Positions 1 to 12,600 of a stretch of DNA of 64,000 nt are shown in pieces. Source of the DNA: Tubiluchus corallicola (Eukaryota; Animalia; Priapulida); NCBI GenBank assembly GCA_030141605.1, contig JAQGDQ010000196.1:62001-126000 (forward strand). The letters run 5' to 3'. Position numbers and translations under genes: made by a program. Numbering within the stretch: the first letter of the stretch is position 1; the number at the start of each line of letters is the position of its first letter. Below the pieces are notes generated by a model that did not search any database, was not told the origin of the DNA, and worked only from the letters and a program-made list of their open reading frames with translations.

Positions 1-615
1 TCTTGTCACACGGACCTTATCATCAACGACTGCTTCTGCTAGCTCAAACAGACGCCAAGATGGTAAAGGTGGGTCATTACCTGCTGCGCCATTGATAACG
101 AATGTCGTTTTAAGGCCAAGCCAAACTGTTTATCAACAGCCTGTTGTAACACAGACCGTACAATCAAATAATTTTTCCATCTCTCCTGCGGTCATTCCTC
201 AAGGATCTGCAACGCATGTCCAGTACATTTTACCTTCGCTCACCGTGCAGACTAACCCTAATGGAAAAGTGCAGAACCTTCTACAGATGGCGCTACCCTG
301 CGCTTCACTTCAAAGCGGAAACATCCAGCTCACGGCCATACCAACTATAGTGCCGTCGACGTACAATAGCGGCAACAGCGTAAATTTAGCTTCGGTCAGC
401 AACGGTCAAGCTAATGGGCCACATTCTAGTCAGCATTCTGGTACTCAGTACAGGAAAGAGGTACCAGAGAAAGATGCACTGAGCAATGCTAATCAACCGG
501 TGACAATCACAAACAGTGCTATAGGGGCGTGTCAGATACAGGTGGCACCTGTACAGCAGCCAGGTAACTTGGCAGTCACACCACAACCTCAGAGATTTGT
601 GCTGTCCCCGTCAAG
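1..615 (+). CDS. cic: cic exon (5'-truncated by window), Q/P/S/T-rich
   Basis: Frame open from position 2 (LVTRTLSS...QYILPSL...); donor AG|GTTAGT at 615/616, phase 2. Confidence 0.85.
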
Positions 616-3600
616 GTTAGTAACTACTTTATTTAAAGTTGACAAATTCGGTGTGTTTTTATATGTGAATAAACGTTAAAAAATGTAGTTTTTTTACTAT
701 CATTCAGTCTTGCCTCATAGAGAGGTATGCAGCTAATTGTTTAATTAAGCACAACTACATTAAAATTAACTCCACTTAGTACATTTGAGAACTCTGAAGA
801 AGCAAGAATTCACACCACTTAGCTTGTAAGCAGTGGCGGCTGGTGTATATGCACTGAGGAGCTGCCCCTATTTTCTTATCGCTATTATTGATAGCATTCA
901 TAATAATAATTATTATTAATTCTTCATTTGCTGCCTTCATCATTGTTAGTATTTTTGCTGACGTCGATTTTTCATTTATAAAGACGGTCATTTTGCAGCT
1001 TGTTGCTGATAACAGATTTGGCTTATTTGCAGTTCCCTCCAAATATCCTTCTGCATATTACTAATTAATTTATACATATTTAATAATTAATTAATTAATT
1101 CACTAATTAAACGAACAATGACCCTGTTTAGTCTGGCACAGTGCGTGTCATGAAATCACATTCATATTACAAACATATTTCCCATTCAGAATATATCGTT
1201 CAGACAATTCCCTTAGGAATATTCCCATAAGTGAAGAATGATATATTGTGGCTTTATATTAGTGATGGTAGTCATGCATAGGCATTCCGAAACTGCAGCA
1301 CCCCCTATTTTCACTTGATATTATCAACAACATTCAATATAATAGAGTCTTTTTTCTTTAATTCTTTCTTTACTTGTACATTGCATAATTCTTAAGCTTA
1401 ATGTCAGTAGCTGTCGCCTAGTTTATGAAAAAATTACAACAATCCACGTATGGAAATGTGCGCTTCACTTCTCCAGTGATACGGTGTTTGCTTGTGCGCA
1501 TGTGGCCATACACACATGTCCGAGATAAGAAGCTGCCATGTTGTGTAAATGTAAGTTTGGGTTTCTTTTTAACTAAATTTTCTGTTTTTTTCATTTTGCA
1601 CAATATTTAAACGATGACTAAAATTTTATTTCCTGAAGCAGCACCCCCACTGATTTTGGCTGTGATCCACCGCTGCTTGGAAGTAATCGATTTGCGTAAA
1701 GTAATAATAATTCAAACGAAAAATACTTTGAAATTTGATCTATTTTTAGATTACAATGTATGTCAAATAGGAAGCCTAAGTTTTCTAGTTTATTTGCTGC
1801 TGGATTTCAGTTTTGCTTGTTATTCATCAAAGTTTTTCTGGTCATGTCACTTTATTTAAAAGTTATTCGAGTTAAATGAAGAAGCGGTGTGAAAAACCAT
1901 TTTGTTTGGAAATGAATTAGTTACTTGTCTAAACTGTAAACAGGTAGTTGATTCTCACCAAGGTAATAAAATGCAGTTGCTTAGGCATTTTCTTCAACGT
2001 CTCATTCCATCTATTGTAGACGTTAAGCCATCGACATTTGTCAGAGCATTCCATCCACTTCTATCTGCAGCTAACAGCTTAAGTTCTTCTACTCTTAAAG
2101 ATAGATTTAGTTGAAGTAGTTAAACATCTTTATTTATCTTAGCTATCCAAGTTGTTTTTGGTTTACCAGGTGGTTTTTTGCAAGGTTTTAAGGCTTCCTT
2201 TAAGGCGATTCTTACTGGTGCTTCACTTGGTAATCTTAGAAGATGTCCTAGCCATTTTAATCTTCAGATCTTGACTTTTGAACTCCAATAAATTTCTTTT
2301 GTTCTGGTGTATAAATCTTCATTTTTGATTATGTATGACCATCTTATCTTTAAAACTTTCCTTAGAAGACTTCTATGAAATGTGTCAATCTGTTTTTCTT
2401 GAGTAATCGTTAAACCCCAAGTTTCACTGTTGTACATAAATATGCTGGTAACGTAAGCATTGAATAATCGCAGTCTTACGTTAAGACTTAATTTCTTGCT
2501 AGTTAATACTTGTGCTGAAGGAAAGCATGCATTGCATAAAGGAAAACAGGATGATTTTTTGATATCCTATTCCATTTTGAAGTATGGTAAAAAGTATATA
2601 TTTTGACACCTAAAATAATGCTGAGACGTTTCTGATAATTAAATAATAGATTAAAAATTGAATTAATGGCAGGCGAGACAAACTAGTGATGATATCATAA
2701 CTGAACATAATTTTCAACGGCATAAAGATTCCACGAGCGTTTTACACGTGAAAGCAAAAATGATGTACATTGCTGCTGTACAACATTCAGTGTGTTATAA
2801 AACTTGGCAAATTTCAGATTCAAAGTTCAAATTTAAAATTTACCGCTGTGCTAACTAGCATCGTGAAATGCATGTAACACAGAAGACCTAGCCGTGCGAA
2901 TGCAAAATTACCTTTATGTGGTAATAATTCTTTCACTTAAGTCATTTTTGAAAAAATCGAGTATTGCCTTTCAATATTTTTGAATGACAATGTTTTGAGC
3001 TACAGTTTTGCTTTGATCCAGTTTTCCTTTAATAATTACGGGTTCCCTCATTAAACTGTGATTTTCTAAACCAGGCTTTTTGCAGTCATTTCATAATTGG
3101 TTGAGTAGCTATGATGCTATTGAATGTACATATTGGATTTTACATCAAAATTGAATTTATCGACGACCGGTTTCGAACAAACTGTTCATTGTCAAGGCAT
3201 CTAAAACAAAAAAATTACCAGAATTTAGAAACAACATTGAAATACAATTCAGTAGTTAGATACCCAAAAGCTATATGATGTAATATTGTATAGATGATTT
3301 AACAATTAACCTTGCAGATTACATACCTTGATTGGTATGGAACTATACTGCACTCCACAAACAAATAAATAAAATTGTTAGTAGCAACAGAACTATCAAT
3401 ATTAGGGAGCTGCCATTTTGTTGCTGAATTCCACAAAACACAGTGCACTGTTGGTGATGTGCAAGCTCCACTACACTTCAGCAGTAAAGAGTGCACATAC
3501 TCATCTTTGCTGTTTAACTAAGGCAAAATGCGTTTAATGTATAATGCTTCCAGTATTGACAAATCACAGTAAATTGTGAAATAATCTATATAAATTTATA

Positions 3601-6600
3601 TCACATATCTTTTGGCTCTCTAACTGCTGAGTTGTATTTCGATGTTGTTTCTAAATTCTGATAAATTTCTTCGTTTTAGATGCCTTGACAATGAACAGTT
3701 TGTTCGAAACCGGTCGACAATAAATTCAATTTTGATGTAGATACATCTATTTGCCAAATATGTATGATTCAATTCTTGTATTTCATTGCAGATTTGCCTA
3801 TGTAAAAGTTACCATGCCAAGCACAACTGTAGATGCTACTCGCCCACATCAGTCAAATTCAAGTTACTCGCATCAACACCGGACCATAGCCAGGGTACCT
3901 TCTCGTGAGCATCCGGCTACTCCTGCCGGTCAGTCAAATCAACAGTCTCATCCGTCGTACATACAAGCATATATTCAACCTAGTCAAAATGGTAATGAAC
4001 TTGAATTTATGCGTTCTCATACTGAACTAAGTTGCAGCAGCTACCAATTTTCATATATTTTAAATGACTAACTGTTGAGTGAGTGAACTAGTGCATTTGT
4101 ATTTTGTGTGATTTGCGTGTAACCCTGATGGAATTGAGATACGAGTATATTCGAGCTAAGAAAAATGATTTTACAAAAAAAACTAAGGAATGTATAGTTA
4201 CTTGAATTTTATACATATTTCATTTCTTCTTGAGTAATCAGGTAATCAGTTCAATCAGAATTTGAGCTGTGCCTATTTTTTTTGTTGCGGTTTGGGTCTA
4301 CGCAGATAGATAACAAAGTTTAATTGAATAAAATGTAGGTGCTGTAGTAGCCAGTTCACAGTCTGTTCAAACACCTACGGGAATTCTCGTGTCTCAGCAA
4401 CCAATCCCACCCACTCTAATGATGCCACAACAGATTTCTACGACGATGGGCGCAGCGAACAGAAGCAACGTTGCGACAGTGGCAGCGAATACGTCAGAAC
4501 ATCACAACACGGTGCTCTATCAAGGTAAGAGTTAAATGACTTTACAGTAATTGATACTACAAAACTAATCACATTTTAGAGCCATTTTGACACGGTCTGT
4601 AATTACACCCGTAGAAACTGTTTGTTAAGAAAATTTTGTTAGTAAAACCAGTGCGCTGTTTAATAAAACTTCATTTTTCAGTAGCATTCGACAAAGGCTT
4701 TAGCAAAATAATATTGACGATACTTGCTGTAACTGGTATGTTGCTGTTGCTTTTGTTATGCCAATGAAATGCATTACAATGGTTACAAAATTGTTCAAGT
4801 TTTGTGTTTTCCATAATTTTAACCTAAATTACCTGTGATTTTATGTTTCACCTAATTTTCAGGATTTTCGTTTTTTTGACAACCAAACTGAAAAAAGCCT
4901 TCAGTAACTGCAGTGTTTGCACTGTAACAAAGTACAGTATCACTTGTGTGAACTTGGCTAATGCAGAAAATTTTAACTATTGAGAAGCAACACTCTGATG
5001 CACTTTGGCCTCAAGTCTCCTCTATTTTTAAGAAGAAATGCTTGTTAAAAGATGAAACACCCTTAATTTGTCCTTGCCTGATCGGTTGGTTATTCCTGGA
5101 ACTCTGTACAGCAGCCGGTTCCTTGGGCTGCAGCAAGCAGGAGATTAGTAAAATAATGTGTACAATCACACAAATGTACACCAGACTAAGCTGTTCAATA
5201 GGCTAAATTGGAGTGCCTGAAAAGGGCGTGTTTTTCTTAATTTTATCCAATTAAATTGTTTAAACATATAGCCTGATAGTCGAGATTTTTCTGAATAGGT
5301 GAATTTTGAATGATCCGGTGCTGAAAGAGTTAACTGTCAACATTTTATTCACAGAATATGCAAAGTGACTGTTTAATTTCCAGCAGGTATAGGTTACATC
5401 AGTGGTGCACCTCTGCAACAGATTCGACCACTACGCGCCAAGGCTCCTGTTGCTACGATACCAGTTGGGACGATGCATTCGATAACTCTGGCAGGCAGCT
5501 CATTGAAGATGCACTCGGACAATCAGACGGAACGATTATCCAGGTCTCCAACTTCATCAGGTAGCGCTTTACTGTTACTGTGTTCATTACTTTCGTGGTT
5601 GCAAAAAAATTTCAGGGAATAGTCTAGGAAAAATCCATGTATTTGTTGGTTGCCAAACTAAAGCAAAGTTACAGCAGTAAGAATTGGAAAATGTCTTATT
5701 TCTTTTTTTCTACCTCAAGGAAAGGAGGAAGCTTTTAATATTATGGTGAAGGATAAGCAGTTAGACTGAAGCTGTAATGATTTGTCGCATTTCTGTAAGC
5801 AATTCTGTACATCTAACATCTTCATTTAAAGTTCCGAAATTCAATTCAATTAAAGTCACTTCTGAAGTGAGGAGGGGGAGTTTCCTTTATTGGTTCCTGT
5901 AAAACAAGACAGTCAATTCAAGAGACAATAATGAGCTAGAACAGTTTAATATGTTAACAAATGAACTCATTGCTAAATACAGGAACAGTTATTTTCAATG
6001 TACAACCGTGTATTTAAATCAAGAATTCTGGCCTGGAAATTTTCTGCAAATTTTCTTTATTTTAGCATAAACAATTCACAATCACTGAGGTGTTGATATG
6101 TGTATTCTGTTTTTTTTGCAGGCCGACCACTGGTCATCAATCCAAAACGTAACATGGCCACGGCCACTCAGCTAGAAACAGAACAGCAGAACACCCTTAA
6201 TGTTCGGTTACAGGTACTAGTTTTACGTTCAATAATGTTCGGTTACAGGTACTAATGTTACGTTTCATAATGTTCGGTTACAGGTACTAGTGTTACGTTC
6301 CATAACGTTCAGTTACAGGTACTAGTGTTACGTTCGATAATGTTCGGTTACAGGTACTAGTGTTACATTCCATAATGCTCGGTTACAGGTACTAGTGTTA
6401 CGTTCCATAATGTTCGGTCACAGGTACTAGCGTTACGTTCCATAATGTTTGGTTACAGGTACTAGCGTTACGTCCTTACACGTTTATGTTGTACATTTAC
6501 ATAAAGACTTTCTTCCCTTATTTACTGCTGGCCTTGCAAAAGCCGAGGAAGAATTCTTACCATATTAGTACATTTTATTTATATGATAACTTAACTTTCA

Positions 6601-9600
6601 AACTGAAAAGATTGTCATTTTGTTTATCTAGGAAGTGAATGACAAGAGTCTTGTGGTAGAAGAATTGGAGTCCTTAGAACCTAAGTTTGTGCTTGCACCT
6701 ACACCTGCTCAGCTGCGTCGTTTGTCACAGCGCAGTGGCGACTCTGGAAAGAGCGTAGACTCGACAAGAAGCGGAGATTCTAGTAAGTAATATGCGTACA
6801 ATGATTTTCTATTCGAGTGTGTTTTGTTAATCCAAAGCTGTAATGGCCCTAGCCATTTGGATTGAGGTGGGTTATTACGCCTTGAATGGGGGATATTAAT
6901 TTTGACGCATAACACAGTGAAAATCCGTAATCAGATTACACAAATGTCTTTATTGCTACAATGCAGGTGAAGACATGATGCTGCTCGTAAACATAACGTA
7001 ATCATATCACCGTACAAACGTCCCGTAATTACTTCAGTATCCATATATATATGCAGTATGTATACATATATAATAATTCACTATATTTACTACATGAATT
7101 CACCGTATTATTAACGTAATTCACCGTAAAGGCAGGTGACTTGACTCACCTCTGACCATTTGCTTTTAACCACGCAAACTGAAAACAATGCCCGGGAAAC
7201 TACACAATGCGCGCATAATCTGAAAACGAAGGTGGCAGCACCTTCCGATGAGATATTAGCAAAGTTAGACAATGATGCATGGACAGCAGTTACAAGTGCT
7301 ATTTCCCATTGTTACAAATGTATAATTCATTGGGCCTACATTTCAGGCTGAATTTTGTAAAATGTATAGTTGTTTTTCTGTAGCTGAAATTGCGTCATCC
7401 CCTGCCATGTCGCCTTCAACTACAGCTCCTGCGACCACGACAACAACCACAGTATCATCGTCATCATCAGTAACCATTCCAGCAGAAGACAGCACCGTTC
7501 AAAAAGATGGTCGAAGAACTGCAGCAAAAAGAGAGACCATGGAGGCGCCAGACAGGTACGTGTGTTCAATTTTGCAGGAATTTCTTGTTTCCACACAGTT
7601 TTACAGTTCTTGTTTTGATGGCTTGGGATCTATACTCTGTTCGGAAAGCAGATACAGTGAGTAATCATCACTCAGAGCAGTTTGGTCACTTTGTGTATGG
7701 CACATTTGCTGAGAGATGATACAATATGGTTTGTTTACTACGGCTATTCCAAGCATTTGCATTTATCAAGTGTTAACGAAGGTTATTGAGACCAGGGGAT
7801 GCATTTTGTAATGCTGGAAGAGTTATCATATAATTAAAGCACAAGAAAACGCGCTTCATAAATAAATCTTAAAAGTTTATCTTGAAGTTTTATATCACTT
7901 ACATGCCTCTTTATAGTATGCATTGCTTGCATTGTTAGTAGTAGCGCTGTATAAAATTTGTAAATTTAAACTCCCGCAATGACCGTTAGGTGCAGCCATT
8001 TTGACGGTAAGTCATTTGAAACAAGTTCAGACAACATTGTGTAAAGTTTGAAAACATGATCAGTGCATTCGTAGCGCACTCTTTGCTAACTGAGCAAAAG
8101 TACAAATTGCTTTTTATTGTCAGTCAGATTAAACATCCATTTTTTTGGTGAATCAGTCAGTGCAGTTTACCAGTTGGCGTAAGCTTTTTAAATTATTACG
8201 AATTTTCTTTTTCAGTTACATAAGCATGTAAGCATAATGCTACATGCTTAAGTAAAGCATAAAGCATAAGTAATATAATTTTGTGTAAAATGTCCTTTTC
8301 TTCCCCTTTAGCAAGGGCAACTCTTTTATCATTTTATGTTCACTAAACTTTATCACCATTAACCCTTTCACTACGGAAGGCGGCACACTGACGCCCCAGC
8401 TCAGCACTAAGCGCAAGTTACCCAGATCTGTTTATTTCACTGCTACGCCCGTGCAAAAACATTGTAGAAAAGTGTTTAACAGCCATGGGATTGGGGTTGC
8501 TTTGCAACAAGTAACGCTAACCAGCCAATCGGCTTTTGAAGCCAGGTGCATTCCACAATACTGTACTGTATGCAAAATTGCTTGTTGATTGTTGGTGAAT
8601 GTATGTTTAGTTGATTGTTCTACATTCTTGTAAAATAATATAGATTACAAATATGAGTTTTGTGAAAACTGGCTTCTAAATGTAAGTAATGTGCTTATTT
8701 GTGTGGGTGTGTGTGCGTGCGTGCATGACTGCATGTATGTGTGTGTATGTGTATAAATAAAACTAATATTGAATGTTAGTGTTTAATAACAAATGACTAC
8801 TTGTTTATTTACAAGATTCTGTTTCAGTAACACACCACAAGAAGTTATTGTCAGACATGCAAAAACCAAATCGGCCCTTTAAAAAGTAACTATGTAGTGA
8901 AAGGGTTAATTTTAATTGTCCCTTTGCCAAATTAGGTTACACAGGTTTTCTAGCTAATTTGAATCTTGCATTTGTTGCTTTTATTTGATTCCTTTCCAAA
9001 AAATAACTATGTCCGTGTTTCACTATTCGCGAGAAGACATCTGATATGTTAGTGAAGGCAAACCACAAATTCCTTGAATGTAATGTCATGTAAAACTTAT
9101 TTGCATAGCGCCATAAGATACATTAAGGTTTAAAGCGCATCCAAGAAATGAAAATTGATCCATTGCAAAAAGCACAGTCTAAACAAATGTGTTTTAAGAT
9201 GTTGAACTAATGAGTTTGAAGCAAAGTACAGCAACAGGTAAGCTGTTCCAGAGATGTGGAGCACAGACAGAAAAAGCTTGTTAACGATAGAAGGCTGTAC
9301 TGTATTGAAGACAATAATGAGTACAGTATAAAAAACAAACTGTTTGATTGGTCAAACTTGCAAACTTGTTAAGAAACTGCTAACACTTGTAAACAAAAAA
9401 ATTTGTTTCTACAAGAGTAAGTGCGGAATGTAACAAATGAATCATTTTTACAGCTCAAAAGATGGAAACTTTCGGGAGCCGCGTAGTGTCGACTTTGAGA
9501 AGCGGATTGCTGCCTTGCCAGAATTCATTCCAGCTGCGACGGCTGAACTCTCCGCTTCTCTTCCGAGCAGTCCACGTGCCTTGGCCGGCAGCTATCGAAA

Positions 9601-12600
9601 AAACAAGAGGCAGATATCCACCGACAGTCCCGATGACGTTAACTCTCCGCGCTTAACGAAGCAGCAACGACGTGGCTCGTTTGGAGAGAGCGGCACACCC
9701 AAGACCCCAAAAACTCCGAGAAGTGCAAAGTTTGATGACAATAAGTTCTTTGGCAGTAATTTCAATCTCGATGCATTGGCCGAGGCTGCCGCTCTTCACA
9801 GGGGAGGTATGGCTAAGAAGTTGTATTAAAAATAATGTTAGCACCTGTTGATTAAATTATTGAAGTTTGCTGCAGGTGCCATTTTGGTTAAAATGCTGCT
9901 CTTCAACACAGAGTTAATAAACAGGTTATAACCTGCTTGTGACACCTTCCATTCCAACTGCAACTACAAAATATGCATCTCAAAAGTACAAGAAGACACA
10001 CTTCATAAATAAAATTTAAAAATTTTGCCTTAAATTTTTGTCACTCGCTGTTGTATTGCATACAGGGCTTGTGTTAACAGTAACCTTGTATAAACTTTTA
10101 AATTTTAACTCTTTCGACGATCGTTAGCGTTAGACGCAGCCATTTTAAAAAAGAAAATCAGAGTAGCGCACACTTCACTAACTAAGTAAAAGTTTAAATT
10201 ACTTTATGTTGTCAATGAGATCAATAATGTGTCTTTTGATGAATCAGTGGTGCACACTGGGATGGCGAGTCAGTGGCGTTTTGTCAGCTGACACGAATAT
10301 TTAAAGTTACTAAGAATTTTCTTCTCCAATACATAAGTCTTTCAAACAAGTAATGCTAAGCGTGATGCTAAGTAATATAACTTTATATGGAAAGTTTTTG
10401 TGATATAATTTAAAATTCCCATTTTGTTGCCTTTAATAATCATGAGGATGGCATGTTTATTGTAATGCCAGTATTGTTTGTTAAGAATCACTTGTAGTAC
10501 CTGACCTTCTGTAGTGCTAGAAATTTATAACATTTTGATGTTTTACCCTTAAAAATATTTTTTATATATAATATATAATAATTATCTTATTGCAATTAAT
10601 GTACACAAACTGTACTGTACAGAATATGTATACATAAAATTTTTGTGTACAAAAGGCATACGAGGCAGGACTGGGACTTTCATATTTGTCAATAGAGAAA
10701 TTCGTAACATTTTGATGTCTTACCCATAAAAAATGTTTTTATATGAGGCAGGACTGGGACTTTCATATTTGTCAACAATAATTCTCTAAGATAAGATACT
10801 TGGACACCTTAGCTATATTTGGTTATATCGGGTGGCACAGGAAAAAATGTGCTAAAGTTCAGACTACAATAATATTGGAAGCAAATGCTCTACAATGCTG
10901 AAATTTGACTTCATGATGCAACAATACATCAGCCTTTGGCTGTCAAAGTCACAAGTTTACAGTTTTGGTAGTTTTTAAGTTATGTCTAAAAGACTTGTGC
11001 GTGATAAAAATATAGATACCAGAACAATGTCAGCTGATATTAGTGGAAAAAACAGCCACATTGACGTGTATAAGGCACTCAGTTCATGATAGCAAAACTA
11101 TAAAAGCATGATCTTTAGCACAGAAACTAAAGCACAGATAAAGATTTGTTGTCAAGAAAAAATGAATCTTTAATCCTTTAAACTACGGTATCTGGAATTC
11201 CCTTTGAAATTCTACGATGGCTGTACAAAGCCATTTTATATAGAGGAACTAAATACAATTTTTTGTGAGCTGGGGCCAAATACCATTGAAAAACATAAGA
11301 AACTGTGTCACCTGTTGAAAGAAGTGCTTTTGTCTAGTTTGCAATGAAAGTATACACACAGAGCACTTCTGTAAATTTTAACAAGAATAACAAAATTTTT
11401 TCTGCTATTTATTTTTTCTTGACTTGTTTTTTAAAGCTTCTGCATCTTTGGAAAAGTCTAAGCGAATGAGCTAAAATTTTTGGTGTCTGTAAATAAACCT
11501 CCAGAACACCATTGTGACAATTTTCAAGCAATTCCATTATTTTTTTATAATATCGTGTTCAAAACTTTGGCACTTTTTTGTGCCACCCGATATATGCCCT
11601 ATGTACTAAGCGAAAATATGCATGTGTGTAAATTCTCCACTGACATAGATCTGTAGTGCAAATTGGTTGTTTAATAACACATGTCCAAATGTATCCAAGT
11701 TGTTGAGTCATTTTCTTAAGCTTTTTCTATCTAAGCCTGTATGTGACGAGTCTTTTGCTAACGTTTTCAGGTAAAACTGTTCTCTCACTTACAGGTGATT
11801 CTGATGGAGATTTGAGTTCACCCAAAACACCTTTGACACCTGGTGGTTCGGATAAAGGATGTTCGTCACTGAGGCGCACCCTGGATCAGAGGAGATCTTT
11901 AGTTCTGCAGCTTTTTCAAGAACACGGATTTTTTCCAACAAGTACTTACAATTTTTGAGTTTTTTTTTCCTATATTGCCGAAACTTTTCGATTTTCTTTA
12001 TACGGAAACATGTCGATCGATCTCAACAGTCTTCAGTTTGTGCGAAGAGTGTACTGAGTCTAAGTTTCTAGATTTTTCAAACATTGTTTCTTTACAATAA
12101 CTAGCATTGTTTCTTTGCATTCACAAGCATTGTTTCTTTACAATAACTAGCACTGTTTCTTTGCATTCACAAACATTGTTTCCCTGCAGTGTAAGCATTG
12201 TTTCTTTACAATAACTAGCATTGTTTCTTTTCATTCATAAGCATTGTTTCATTTCAGCACAAGCTACTGCAGCATTCCAAACTAAAAATCAGGAAGTGTT
12301 TCCCAGCAAGTCGATTTTGCAGCTGAAGATCAGGGAAGTGAGACAGAAGTTGATGTCTCAGACATGTCCGACGCCTGGTGCAGAGACGGTGAAGAGTCCA
12401 CTAACTACAACACTTAGTGCTGCTGGTGCACCGCCCAGAACGCCAACAACAACGTCTTCGCTAGCACTGCCATCTGTTTCCACATCTCGTAAGTTTGTTG
12501 CTTTGTAGTATTTGTGTAAAATCTTTTTTCTCTCTTTGTATTTTGCCCAAGTAATAGTTCATAGATGGAACTGTTTATGTCGCTCCATTCTAGCTTCTTT

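Larger units (their letters stand above)
3141..3740. mobile_element. Element bounded by about 120-bp inverted repeats of Penelope pseudo-LTR type
   Basis: 3141-3260 is the reverse complement of about 3620-3740; each arm carries a hammerhead-like motif, the right one followed by AATAAA. Confidence 0.65.
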
